Below are positions 1 to 10,386 of a DNA stretch of 64,000 bases, piece after piece. The DNA is from an uncultured Candidatus Saccharibacteria bacterium (GTDB lineage: Bacteria > Patescibacteriota > Dojkabacteria > J137), in assembly GCA_965230975.1 (NCBI GenBank), contig OZ246402.1, positions 1,120,859-1,184,858 on the forward strand, written 5' to 3'. A program made the translations under genes and the position numbers. The number at the start of each line of letters is the position of its first letter. Within the stretch, counting starts at the first letter, position 1. The notes under the pieces were generated by a model. The model was not told the DNA's origin and did not search any database. It saw nothing but the letters and a program-made list of their open reading frames with translations.

Positions 1-1230
1 GTCTGTACCAAACTCTCTTTGATCAACAATGGATAATCCTTTAGGAAGTACATACTCTACAGGATCTTCTAAAGTAACAATATGTTTAGAAGATGATAAG
101 TTAATTGCATTCAAAAGAGAGGCAAGAGTAGTAGATTTACCACTTCCTGTTGGACCGGTGATTATAACCAATCCATTAGGGTATTTAGTTAATGAATTTA
201 ATACTGGAGGAAGTCCTAAATTATCTAAAGATAGAATAGTTTCATTTATTACTCTGCAGACAATAGAGTAAACACCTAATTGTTTAAAAATATTAACTCT
301 AAATCTTTTATCTTCTAATGTATAAGTCAAATCCACCTCCTTAATAGTCTCAATATTTATATCTGGCCTATTTTTAATCATTAAGATTGCAAATTCCTTT
401 ATGTTAGTAGCTGTGAGTAATTGTGAGTTGAATGTTTTTAATTCTCCATCAATCCTGAAAGTAGCTCTATAGCCTTGTGTAAAATGAACGTCCGAAGCTT
501 TTCTATTAATTGCTTCTTTTAGTATTTCGTCTAAAGTATAGTTTTTATATTGCAAATCTTTTGCAGCATCAATACCACCTACTAATTGAGGTTTAATATC
601 ATCTTCTATTCTTTTAATTTCTTTAACCCCTTCAATAGTTGAATCTATTTTAACCGGGTTGGCTACCTGTATCTCTTTTTGATAATTTTCCTGAAAGGTG
701 TCTGTAGCATTTGTGTTATAAGTCACTAAATTATTTGATTGAGGGATACTATTAACATCGGCAACAATTTCTGTAGCAGTTGGATTTATAGTTGTATCTA
801 CTAAAGATTTTTGCTCTTCTTTAACAACGTTTGCAGATGTCAGACTATTATTTAAATCTTCTGAAATTTCAGAAATTATAGATTCTACATTCAAGCCTTG
901 TGGAACAGTTGGCATGTTAGCTTGAGATTCAGGTTTCACTGATGATTCCAATGAAGTACTCTGAACTGCAATTTGATCAGGTGTTTCAACCAAATTTTTC
1001 AATAAAGGTTCGCTAGTAGCATTTTGTTGGGTTAAATTTGTTAAGTCGCTTGCTACAATCGGCATAGTATTGGGTGGGTTTATATCCACTTCATTGGTTG
1101 CTGGGTTAGTCGGAGTAGATACAGGCACAGCGCTAGTTGGCAAAGGCGCGGATCCTTGCATATATAAAGGTGAACTAGTATTACTAGATACATAACCCGA
1201 ACTTTGTGTATTTTGTTGATCTTGTGGCAT
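1..1230 (-). CDS. pilT: PilT/PilU-family type IV pilus retraction ATPase, 3' end beyond window; long low-complexity N-terminus
   Basis: Not in ORF track. Manual translation from ATG at 1230 is open to base 1: ASDVHF, RFRVNIF, Walker A GPTGSGKSTT, TLEDPVEY, VDQREFGTD; directly downstream of pilB. Confidence 0.9.
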   Translation of the reverse strand, partial: MPQDQQNTQSSGYVSSNTSSPLYMQGSAPLPTSAVPVSTPTNPATNEVDINPPNTMPIVASDLTNLTQQNATSEPLLKNLVETPDQIAVQSTSLESSVKPESQANMPTVPQGLNVESIISEISEDLNNSLTSANVVKEEQKSLVDTTINPTATEIVADVNSIPQSNNLVTYNTNATDTFQENYQKEIQVANPVKIDSTIEGVKEIKRIEDDIKPQLVGGIDAAKDLQYKNYTLDEILKEAINRKASDVHFTQGYRATFRIDGELKTFNSQLLTATNIKEFAILMIKNRPDINIETIKEVDLTYTLEDKRFRVNIFKQLGVYSIVCRVINETILSLDNLGLPPVLNSLTKYPNGLVIITGPTGSGKSTTLASLLNAINLSSSKHIVTLEDPVEYVLPKGLSIVDQREFGTD

Positions 1231-1289
1231 ATTATATAAAGCCTAATTTAAATTATTTTTAATGACTTATCAATTTTTTTTTACTTTTG

Positions 1290-3221
1290 TTATTCATTTT
1301 TAACCCTTATCACCTCTTCAATTGTTGTTATTCCTTCTAATGCTTTTATGTATCCATCTTGAACCATTCTAATCATACCTTCTTTGACTGCAAGATCTTG
1401 TACTTCACTTATCGTTGCTTTTTTTATTACCGCCTGACCAATAGATTCGGACATTTTTAATGCCTCAAATATGCCAGTCCTGCTTACAAAACCCGAGTCT
1501 CCACATTTCGGACATCCGACAGCTTTGTACAGAGTTACGTCTGTAGTGTTTTGGTTAAATTTGCCTAATTCATTGTTTTCCTGGTCTCTTAGCGTAATTT
1601 CACCAAGATTATCTAGCTCTGAGTGGATTTCTTTAACAATTTCTGGAGATGCCTTATAAGCTTCTTTGCACTCGCACAAGACTCTGACTAATCTCTGTCC
1701 TAATAACAAGTTTACAGTTGAAGTTAATAAAAATGGCTCAACACCCATGTCAATTAATCTAATAAATGCGCCAGATGCATTATTTGTGTGAATAGTAGAA
1801 AGAACTAACCTACCCACCAAAGCAGATTGTACTGCTAATGCTGCGGTTTCGGAGTCTCTAATCTCACCAACCATAATAATATCCGGATCCTGTCTTAAGA
1901 AAGATCGTAAACCTGTAGCAAAAGTTAAGCCCACCTCAGGATTAACCTGGACCTGAGTAACTCCATCTATTCTTATTTCAACAGGATCCTCAAGGGTTAA
2001 TATATTAACATCTGGAGAATTTAAGATTTTTTGAGAGCTAGCAAGTGTTTGAGTTTTACCACTTCCGGTAGGCCCTGTTACTAAAATTATACCTTGTGTT
2101 TTTTTTAAAGACTCTTTCATTCTTTGAAGAGAAATACCACGTAATCCTAAATCCTCTAAATCCATAATACCTTGTGTTTTCTCTAAAAGCCTCATTACTA
2201 TTTTTTCGCCATGGATACTTGGCATAATAGAAACTCTCATATCTATAACTCTATCTGAACTTTTTGCCTGAAATCTTCCATCTTGAGGAATTCTATGCTC
2301 ATCTATTTTTAAGTTAGATAAGATTTTTATTCTTGTGACAATAGGAGAGAGTAGCTCAGATGGTAGAGATAATTTTTCGTATAATATACCCCTAATTCTA
2401 AATCTAACTCCAATTTTTTTCTCTCTGGGCTCTATGTGAACATCAGATGCCTTATTCTTAATTCCATAATCTAAAATCATATTTACAATTCTGATTATTG
2501 GAGCAGCTGCATTATCTTGCTTAATATCACTTTCATCAAAGTTTTTTAAATCTACTGTACCAACTTCATCCATTGCCTGTGTGACTTCAGAACCCATCTC
2601 AGCACCATATTTGGTGTCAATAATATTTCGAATATCCATTTCACTAGCAAATACCGCATCTACCTTCTTACCAATAATCGATTCTAAATATTTAATCTTT
2701 TGTAAATCCATTGGATCTACCATAGCAACTCTTACTTTATATGCATTTGATTCAAAAACAACAGCCAATGCAGAGGAGGCTATGTTTGAAGGTAATAAAT
2801 TCAAATCCGCATCTTTTATAACTACATTCTTTAAGTCAATGTATTCTAAACCCTTAATCTCTGCGTTTAGCTTTACTAAATCCCTGCTAGATATCAATCC
2901 CTTTTCTACAAGCAAGTCTTCAAAACTTTTATTTGTGTTTATCGATTCAAACTTAATAGCATTATACTGATCAGAATTTATTACTCCTTTAGCTAAACAT
3001 GCGTCTAGTATATTGCTAATTCCTTTTACAGATATCCCTGTGTTTTTAACAGTTTTGCCACCTTTATCTTCTATATATTTTTTATATTTATCTAAATATT
3101 CTTTACTTTCAGCCAAATTAGCCTGTGCAGTTTGAGTAACAACTACATTGGCAACAGGAGTCGCTGGTTGTATGGTATTATTTGTTGTTGGCATTGGTGC
3201 CTGTGGATTTTGCAAATTCAT
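1290..3221 (-). CDS. pilB: GspE/PulE/PilB pilus assembly ATPase
   Basis: ASDVHIEP, PQDGR, GPTGSGKT, LRQDPDIIMVGEIRD, tetra-Cys motif. Confidence 0.93.
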   Translation of the reverse strand: MNLQNPQAPMPTTNNTIQPATPVANVVVTQTAQANLAESKEYLDKYKKYIEDKGGKTVKNTGISVKGISNILDACLAKGVINSDQYNAIKFESINTNKSFEDLLVEKGLISSRDLVKLNAEIKGLEYIDLKNVVIKDADLNLLPSNIASSALAVVFESNAYKVRVAMVDPMDLQKIKYLESIIGKKVDAVFASEMDIRNIIDTKYGAEMGSEVTQAMDEVGTVDLKNFDESDIKQDNAAAPIIRIVNMILDYGIKNKASDVHIEPREKKIGVRFRIRGILYEKLSLPSELLSPIVTRIKILSNLKIDEHRIPQDGRFQAKSSDRVIDMRVSIMPSIHGEKIVMRLLEKTQGIMDLEDLGLRGISLQRMKESLKKTQGIILVTGPTGSGKTQTLASSQKILNSPDVNILTLEDPVEIRIDGVTQVQVNPEVGLTFATGLRSFLRQDPDIIMVGEIRDSETAALAVQSALVGRLVLSTIHTNNASGAFIRLIDMGVEPFLLTSTVNLLLGQRLVRVLCECKEAYKASPEIVKEIHSELDNLGEITLRDQENNELGKFNQNTTDVTLYKAVGCPKCGDSGFVSRTGIFEALKMSESIGQAVIKKATISEVQDLAVKEGMIRMVQDGYIKALEGITTIEEVIRVKNE

Positions 3222-3330
3222 AACAAATATATACAGCTAATAAAGATAAATAACTTAACTATTTTATTAAAATATGGTCTAAAACACCAATATTTTAATT
3301 TCAAAGTTAGCTAAAATTTAAGATAAAAAT

Positions 3331-3960
3331 ATGTATTATCAAAGCAAGCTCATTGTTTCACAAAATAGTAATAAAAGCTACCTATTAAATCTGCTAAATC
3401 TAGACGCAAATAGCATAGATGAGAGCATAATTAATAACCAAGACTCCTCAATTGGTATAAAAGAGATCTCTAGCTTATCTGAAAAATCATCCAAAAAAAG
3501 TGATTTAATTAAGGTAATTTTGATAATTAATTCAGAAAAGCTAACAACCGAAGCTCAAAACTCCTTGCTAAAACTAATCGAGGAACCATCAAATAACTCG
3601 CTTATTCTATTGCATACAAATAATATTGGGTTAATTATAGATACAATAAAGTCAAGGTGCGAAGTTATATTTGATAACAAAGAAGTAGAGGATGAAGAGA
3701 AAAACAATATAGAATTTCTATTTAAAGAATTCACGCAAAAAGATTATATTCAAAAAATAAAAGTAGTTGAAAAGTTTTTAAAAGATTATGATAATAAGAG
3801 TAGCTATAAAAAAGCAATACTAGTTATTTTAAACGAATTAGCTAAAAAGCAGAGCCATTTAAATGTTGTGTCAAAAATTGAGAAAGCTTATAAGGCTATA
3901 GATTTAAACGTAAGCCCTAAATTAGTATTTGATTACATATCTATTATTTTAGAAGCATAG
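3331..3960 (+). CDS. holB: DNA polymerase III delta-prime-like clamp loader subunit (short form)
   Basis: AQNSLLKLIEEP and TIKSRC motifs. Confidence 0.8.
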   Translation: MYYQSKLIVSQNSNKSYLLNLLNLDANSIDESIINNQDSSIGIKEISSLSEKSSKKSDLIKVILIINSEKLTTEAQNSLLKLIEEPSNNSLILLHTNNIGLIIDTIKSRCEVIFDNKEVEDEEKNNIEFLFKEFTQKDYIQKIKVVEKFLKDYDNKSSYKKAILVILNELAKKQSHLNVVSKIEKAYKAIDLNVSPKLVFDYISIILEA

Positions 3961-3995
3961 TATAGTTTTAAAGATTATTTAATTATTTTAAAAAT

Positions 3996-4514
3996 ATGAA
4001 AAAAGCAGCCTTCGTCATTTACGCATGGGGTAGCACATTTCTTTTTGCAGCTATAATATATTGGCTTGCAACTTTATCTTACTTAAATGCAGGGGAAAAG
4101 GTTATAGATGAACTTTTAAAAGTAGTGTTTAGATTATCAATGTATTCTATACTATTTATTTTATTTTATAGATCATGCATTATTACTTTAAAAACTACAG
4201 TTGAAAGACTTTCAAAGTGGAGATCAAGGAAAGAAGAGATTGAAGATATGGAGTTTGTGTTAATTATAGAAACTTTAATTGTAATAATAACAATTTTAGC
4301 TACTATATTATTTGCTGTATTTGAAGAATATACACAGTTTGTTACTGGCGGTAGTAGAAATGCAGAAGTAAAAGATGTGTTGATTAGCATAATGGCTGCC
4401 TTACTAACAGCTATCGTTGTTTACAGTATGCCAGTTTTAGGAGAGCTTGAAGTTGCGATCAAACATAAATTTGAAAGAGAAGTAAGAGAATATAAGGCAA
4501 AAAGATTGAAATAA
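3996..4514 (+). CDS. Membrane protein, VanZ-like
   Basis: Four hydrophobic segments; FAVFEEYTQFVTGGSRNAEVKDV resembles the VanZ DExxQxxxxxR...D motif. Confidence 0.6.
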   Translation: MKKAAFVIYAWGSTFLFAAIIYWLATLSYLNAGEKVIDELLKVVFRLSMYSILFILFYRSCIITLKTTVERLSKWRSRKEEIEDMEFVLIIETLIVIITILATILFAVFEEYTQFVTGGSRNAEVKDVLISIMAALLTAIVVYSMPVLGELEVAIKHKFEREVREYKAKRLK

Positions 4515-4533
4515 GTTTTAATTAGGCACTTTT

Positions 4534-4561
4534 AAGGCTCCGATTTATCGGAGCCTTTTTT
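4534..4561 (+). terminator. Intrinsic terminator
   Basis: AAGGCTCCGA-TTTA-TCGGAGCCTT followed by T run. Confidence 0.85.
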
Positions 4562-4821
4562 ACTTTCAACTTAATATCTAATCTCCAATAAGGTTAAAAC
4601 AAACACAGCGGTTAGTGACCAAAGAATGAACTTGCTAAAAACCGAGCCTAAAACCTAAAATAACAACAGTCCGTGATTTGGACAAACAAACTTAAGATTA
4701 ATCTATTTAATTTGTAGTATTGAGTAAATATTGGTAAGCTTTTTGATGCATACAGTGCTAGCTAAATCGGTATAACAGTGATAAAATCTAAAGCTTCACA
4801 ATTTTATAAGTAATAGAAAAT

Positions 4822-6741
4822 ATGTCAGAAACTAAAACCACAAACGATTATGGCGCTTCGAGCATTACAGTCCTTAAAGGTCTAGAAGCTGTTAGAATGA
4901 GACCAGCCATGTACATTGGAGGCACAGACGAAGTCGGTCTTCACCACATGATTTGGGAAATTGTAGACAACGGAATAGACGAGGCTTTGGCCGGATATGC
5001 AACAAGTATTGCCGTAGTTTTAAATCAGGATGGTTCCGTTAGCGTTAGAGATAACGGAAGAGGAATCCCCGTAGATATTCACCCAACTGAAAAGGTAAGT
5101 GCTTTAGAACTAGCTGCAACAGTACTACATGCAGGAGGTAAATTTGATAAAAACTCTTACAAAGTAAGTTCAGGCTTACATGGAGTAGGACTTTCTGTAG
5201 TAAATGCGCTTTCAGAATGGGCAAAAATTGAAGTTCATAAAAACGGACACGTTTACCAACAAGAATATAAAATTGGTAAACCAGATTACCCTGTAAAAAA
5301 AGTAGGAGATACTAAAATTTCTGGTTCGATAATAACCTTTAAACCAGATGCTACTATTTTTAAAATAACTGAATTCAATTATAAAACAATTATTACAAGA
5401 CTTAGGCAGCATGCATATTTAAATGGTGGGATTAAATTTGAATTAATAGATAAAAGAGATGGTGGTGAAAGATATTTTGCCTTTTATTTTGAAGGTGGTT
5501 TAAAGTCTTATGTAAAGCATTTAAATGAACATGAGAAATCTATTAATAAAGAGGTTTTTTATACAAAAAAGAGTGTTGATGGCATAGATATAGAAGTTGC
5601 ACTACAATTTACAGAAGATATTCAAATTACAGAATATGCTTTTGCAAACAATGTTTTAAACCCAGATGGTGGAACACATTTAGCAGGTTTTAGAACTGCA
5701 TTAACTAAAACAATTAACAACTATTTAAAGGATGTAGGTACAGAAAAAGAGAAAGAAATTGCATTAACAGGAGATGATGTTAGAGAAGGCTTAACAGCAG
5801 CAATATCGGTTAAACTTTCTGACCCACAATTTGAAGGTCAAACAAAAGGCAAGTTAAATAATTCAGAAGTTGCTCCTGCAGTTAGAAGAGCTGTAGAAGA
5901 GGACTTAAAAGTTTATTTATCTGAAAACCCAGTAGATGCAAAGTCAATATTAAATAAAGTTTTAATCTCTTTCAAAGCAAGAAATGCAGCAAAAGCAGCA
6001 AGAGAAGCTGTTATAAGAAAGAGTGTATTTGAAAGTGGAGGGTTACCTGGTAAATTAGCAGACTGCTCTTCAAGAGACCCTAAATCTTGCGAACTCTACA
6101 TTGTAGAGGGAGACTCTGCAGGTGGATCTGCAAAGCAGGGTAGAGATAGAAATGTTCAAGCAATCTTCCCTTTAAAAGGAAAACCTATAAACTCGGAAAA
6201 ATATAGAATTGACAAAGTACTTGCAAACGATGAAATGAACGATCTTGTAAAAACCCTAGGAATTGGAATTGGAGAGACTCTAGATATTTCAAAATTAAAA
6301 TACCATACAATTATTTGTATGGCAGATGCAGATGTAGATGGACACCACATCAATACACTTTTATTAACAATGTTTTATAGACATTTAAGACCAGTTATTG
6401 ATGGAGGGCACTTATATTTGGCTCAACCGCCATTATATAAAGTAATATTCTCTGCAAACGATACAGTTTGGGTTAAAGATGATGCTGCATTAGAAGCATT
6501 ACTTAAACAAAGAAAACCTGCAAAATATCCAACTGTAAACAGATTCAAAGGTTTAGGAGAAATGAATCCTGAACAATTATGGGAAACTACTATGAATCCT
6601 CAAACAAGAATTTTGAGAAAAGTTATAGTACAAGATGCAGAAGAAGCAAGCAAAATGTTTGATGTTTTGATGGGAGAAGAAGTAGCGCCAAGAAAGAAAT
6701 TTATCGAAACTTACAGCAACGAAGCTGAATTAGATATTTAA
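4822..6741 (+). CDS. gyrB: DNA gyrase subunit B
   Basis: GHKL ATPase motifs, EGDSAGG, ADADVDG, RFKGLGEM. Confidence 0.97.
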   Translation: MSETKTTNDYGASSITVLKGLEAVRMRPAMYIGGTDEVGLHHMIWEIVDNGIDEALAGYATSIAVVLNQDGSVSVRDNGRGIPVDIHPTEKVSALELAATVLHAGGKFDKNSYKVSSGLHGVGLSVVNALSEWAKIEVHKNGHVYQQEYKIGKPDYPVKKVGDTKISGSIITFKPDATIFKITEFNYKTIITRLRQHAYLNGGIKFELIDKRDGGERYFAFYFEGGLKSYVKHLNEHEKSINKEVFYTKKSVDGIDIEVALQFTEDIQITEYAFANNVLNPDGGTHLAGFRTALTKTINNYLKDVGTEKEKEIALTGDDVREGLTAAISVKLSDPQFEGQTKGKLNNSEVAPAVRRAVEEDLKVYLSENPVDAKSILNKVLISFKARNAAKAAREAVIRKSVFESGGLPGKLADCSSRDPKSCELYIVEGDSAGGSAKQGRDRNVQAIFPLKGKPINSEKYRIDKVLANDEMNDLVKTLGIGIGETLDISKLKYHTIICMADADVDGHHINTLLLTMFYRHLRPVIDGGHLYLAQPPLYKVIFSANDTVWVKDDAALEALLKQRKPAKYPTVNRFKGLGEMNPEQLWETTMNPQTRILRKVIVQDAEEASKMFDVLMGEEVAPRKKFIETYSNEAELDI

Positions 6742-6752
6742 AATAAACAAAT

Positions 6753-9371
6753 ATGTCAGACCAAGAAGAACTAATACAAACAACAACAGCAGGTGATTTT
6801 AGACAAGAAGATATTTCTGAAATAATTAAATCTAGCTATATCAGCTATGCCATGAGCGTTATAGTTGCCAGAGCTTTACCAGATGTTAGAGATGGACTTA
6901 AGCCTGTACAAAGAAGAATTCTTTACGCAATGTTTAAAATGGGTGTAATGCCTGGTAGTGCATACAAAAAAGTAGCCAGAATTACCGGAGAAACAATGGG
7001 TAAATACCACCCACATGGAGATGCTTCTATTACAGACGCATTAGTTAGAATGGCCCAAGACTTCTCAATGAGATACCCAACAGTAGATGGACAGGGTAAC
7101 TTTGGTTCCATTGATGGTGACCCAGCTGCTGCAGATAGATACATAGAAGCTAGACTTGCAAAAATATCTACTAGAATTATAGAAGGAGTAGAGAATACCG
7201 TAGATTTTGGTGCTAATTATGATGGTACAGAAGAAGAACCATTAGTTTTACCTACAGTTGTACCAAATCTTTTAATTAATGGAGCAGAGGGTATCGCAGT
7301 TGGAATGGCTACCAAAATTCCACCTCACAATTTGACAGAAATTATAAATGGTCTAATTAGAATGATTGATGCAGGCAATAAATGGGATATAGCAAACTTA
7401 GCTAACTTAAACATAAATTACGAAAGTGATATTAAGAATTTAGATGATTTAAAAACCTTGCCAAAAAATAGATTTCATAAGTTTATAAGCGAAATTACTA
7501 TTGATGACTTAATGGAAGATGTTAAGGGACCAGATTTTCCAACAGGTGGGCATATATTCAACCAAAGAAATATTCAGACAGTTTACGAGACGGGTAGAGG
7601 AGGCATAGTAATGAGAGCTGTATCTGCTATTGAAGAAACTAAAATGGGAAGGTTTAGAATTATAGTTACAGAATTACCATATCAGGTTAATAAATCATCT
7701 TTATTAGCAAAAATTGCTCAGTTACATAAAGATAAGAAGATTGATGGAATTTCAGACTTAAGAGATGAATCTAATAGGCATGGTATTAGAATTGTTGTAG
7801 AACTTAAAAAAGAAGCAAAACCAAAAACAGTCCAAAATCAGTTATATAAATATACAGAACTTCAAAAAAACTTTAGCACAAACATGCTTTCTTTAGTAAA
7901 TGGCGAACCAAAATTACTAAACTTGAAAGACACATTAGAATTGTTCTTAACTCACAGGCAAGAGATTGTAATTAGAAGGCACGAGGTTGAATTAGCAGAA
8001 AATAGAAAAAGAGAACATATATTAGAGGGGTTAATGATTGCTCTAGATAATATTGACGAAATCATTAGTCTTATTAGAAATGCAAGTGACGCAGAAGATG
8101 CAAAAACAAAGTTAATGAGTAAATTCAAATTATCTGAAATTCAAGCTCAAGCAATCTTAGATATGCAATTAAGAAAGCTTGCAGCTCTTGAGAGAAAGAA
8201 AATAGAAGAAGAATACAAAGCTGTTGTTGCAAGAATTAAAGAGATTATCTTTATCTTAAATACACCTAGTGAGGTATTAAAGATTATTAAATCAGAATTT
8301 ATAGATTTGAGAACAAAATTTGGAGATGAGAGAAGAACAAAAGTATTTAAGGGTGATGTAGATGAATTTTCAGAAGAGGACTTAGTTCCTAACGAAGAAA
8401 CCTTTGTAACAATAAGTACTCAAGGTTATATAAAGCGTATCAAAAGCGATACATACAAGCTTCAAAAAAGAGGCGGTAGTGGTGTAAAAGCTATGGCAAC
8501 AAAGGAAGATGATTCAGTAAGACATCTTTTTAAATGTAATACACATGACGAAATAATGTTCTTTACTAATCTTGGTAAAGTTTATAGCTTAAAAGTTTAT
8601 GAAATTCCCGAATATGCAAGAGTGGCAAAGGGATTGCCAATTGTTAATTTAATAAACATCTCTAATGGAGAACTTATAACTACAGTATTAACAAGAAGTG
8701 AGTCTGGAACTATTATAGATGAAGATGTAGAACAAGAAGGTGAAGTTGAAAAAGAACACAAAGGAAAAGATTATAAGTATTTATTTATGGCTACAAGATA
8801 TGGCACTGTTAAAAAAACTCTAATTTCAGAATACGAAAACATAAGATCTAACGGATTAATTGCTATTAATTTAGTTGATAATGATGAGTTAATTTGGGTT
8901 AAACCAACTACAGGTAATAACGAGATACTACTTGTAACTAAGTTAGCTAAGTCAATTAGATTTAATGAACAAGACGCAAGAGAGACGGGTAGGTCATCTC
9001 AAGGTGTAAGAGGAATTAGATTGAAAGAGGGTGATGAGGTAATTTCTATGGACGTAGTAAGAAACGAAGAGCAATTATTATTAACAATAGCAGAAAACGG
9101 TTTTGGTAAAATTTCGGATCTTGGCCAATTTGGAATCCAAAATAGGGGAGGGTCAGGTATTTTTGCAGCAAGAGTTAATAATAAAACAGGTAACCTAGTA
9201 ATAGCTAGGATTTTAGACCATCCAAATAAAGACTTATTAATATTAAGCTCAAAAGGACAAGCTGTAAGAATTCCTACAAAAGAGCTTCCATTAAGGAATA
9301 GACAAACATCCGGAGTAACCTTAATGAGAGTTAAAGATGGAGATACAGTAGCAGCTGCAGCTATAATATAA
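6753..9371 (+). CDS. gyrA: DNA gyrase subunit A
   Basis: [15 protein letters not shown], catalytic RY, GyrA-box QKRGGSG, beta-pinwheel repeats. Confidence 0.97.
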   Translation: MSDQEELIQTTTAGDFRQEDISEIIKSSYISYAMSVIVARALPDVRDGLKPVQRRILYAMFKMGVMPGSAYKKVARITGETMGKYHPHGDASITDALVRMAQDFSMRYPTVDGQGNFGSIDGDPAAADRYIEARLAKISTRIIEGVENTVDFGANYDGTEEEPLVLPTVVPNLLINGAEGIAVGMATKIPPHNLTEIINGLIRMIDAGNKWDIANLANLNINYESDIKNLDDLKTLPKNRFHKFISEITIDDLMEDVKGPDFPTGGHIFNQRNIQTVYETGRGGIVMRAVSAIEETKMGRFRIIVTELPYQVNKSSLLAKIAQLHKDKKIDGISDLRDESNRHGIRIVVELKKEAKPKTVQNQLYKYTELQKNFSTNMLSLVNGEPKLLNLKDTLELFLTHRQEIVIRRHEVELAENRKREHILEGLMIALDNIDEIISLIRNASDAEDAKTKLMSKFKLSEIQAQAILDMQLRKLAALERKKIEEEYKAVVARIKEIIFILNTPSEVLKIIKSEFIDLRTKFGDERRTKVFKGDVDEFSEEDLVPNEETFVTISTQGYIKRIKSDTYKLQKRGGSGVKAMATKEDDSVRHLFKCNTHDEIMFFTNLGKVYSLKVYEIPEYARVAKGLPIVNLINISNGELITTVLTRSESGTIIDEDVEQEGEVEKEHKGKDYKYLFMATRYGTVKKTLISEYENIRSNGLIAINLVDNDELIWVKPTTGNNEILLVTKLAKSIRFNEQDARETGRSSQGVRGIRLKEGDEVISMDVVRNEEQLLLTIAENGFGKISDLGQFGIQNRGGSGIFAARVNNKTGNLVIARILDHPNKDLLILSSKGQAVRIPTKELPLRNRQTSGVTLMRVKDGDTVAAAAII

Positions 9372-9411
9372 ATCAATACTGTATATAACATACAGCCCTC
9401 AAACAACATTC

Positions 9412-9450
9412 AAACGGGGCCTAACTTTTAAGTTAGGCCCCGTTTTTTTT
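9412..9450 (+). terminator. Intrinsic terminator of gyrBA
   Basis: AAACGGGGCCTAACTT-TT-AAGTTAGGCCCCGTTT with T8 tail. Confidence 0.9.
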
Positions 9451-10386
9451 ACTTCATAATAGTTCTAAATTTATTAATTTGAATATTTAACAAAATATAT
9501 ATAATTTTAATTTGTGTGTTATGGTAAAAATACGCAATGTGAATCCCCTAAAATACTTATCCACAAAGGTTTCACAGAGCATCTCATGGTGCAATGCTGG
9601 TTAATTTTAAAGCTTTAAACAAATCTTTTATTTAAATGCCTAATAGTAAGAATTATAACTTTGAATTTAAGCTTTTTAATTAAAATTTATTTATAAAATT
9701 CAAACTAAATCACAAATATATTTGTACCCAAAATATAAATATACTTTTTAAGTTCTTAAACTAATAAAAAATATTAAATATTTTTAACTAAAGTAAATTA
9801 TTAATTAAATTTAAACAATTTATAATAATTAATTTGTTTTAAAAATTTTTGAAAATAAATAAATTAAAGCAAACAATAATATAACTTGAATTTATATAAA
9901 CTTATATTTTAGCAATTATTAAAATACTTACTTTTATAGCTTTAAAGATACTCAATTTATATACAAAAAGAATCGCGTTTAAATGCGTTTTAAGGCATTT
10001 AATGGATTAAAGACGAGTATTTATACCCTTGAATAAAGCCATGAAAACACGTAAAAGTTATCCACATTAGTAAAACAGGGCGGGTGTACCAAAACTAGGG
10101 ATTTTAAAGAATTTTGGTATACGTAGAAAATAGGAAAGGAAATAAAATAATAAAGTCAAAAATTAGAGTATTTTTAAAGAATAATAACTTAAGTAAAAGG
10201 TTAATAAAACTGTAAGCTAAAAAAGCAATCTGAGTTGCCTTCTCTTCATTTCCTATGGTTTACTAAATATAAGGTGCATTATACTCAGTACAATTAACTT
10301 ATAAATATGCTTAAATACATACTTAACCACTACTACTCTGGGGCGTGTTGATATAAAGTCTAAAAGTCTTTGTGGTAAATGATTAT
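9451..10386. other. Long AT-rich non-coding region with DnaA boxes (candidate oriC or DnaA-binding cluster)
   Basis: Perfect TTATCCACA at 9557-9565 and 10058-10066; near matches at 9957 and 10371; very AT-rich core ~9660-9950; no ORF in track. Confidence 0.5.
10262..10289 (-). other. dif-like 11-6-11 tyrosine recombinase site
   Basis: Minus strand ACTGAGTATAA-TGCACC-TTATATTTAGT versus E. coli dif GGTGCGCATAA-TGTATA-TTATGTTAAAT (arms 7/11 and 8/11). Confidence 0.45.

Noticed and set aside
29-271. 80-aa plus-strand ORF, and the other short ORFs antisense to or nested in real genes
   Set aside because: Shadows of well-supported genes (here pilT); no independent motifs.
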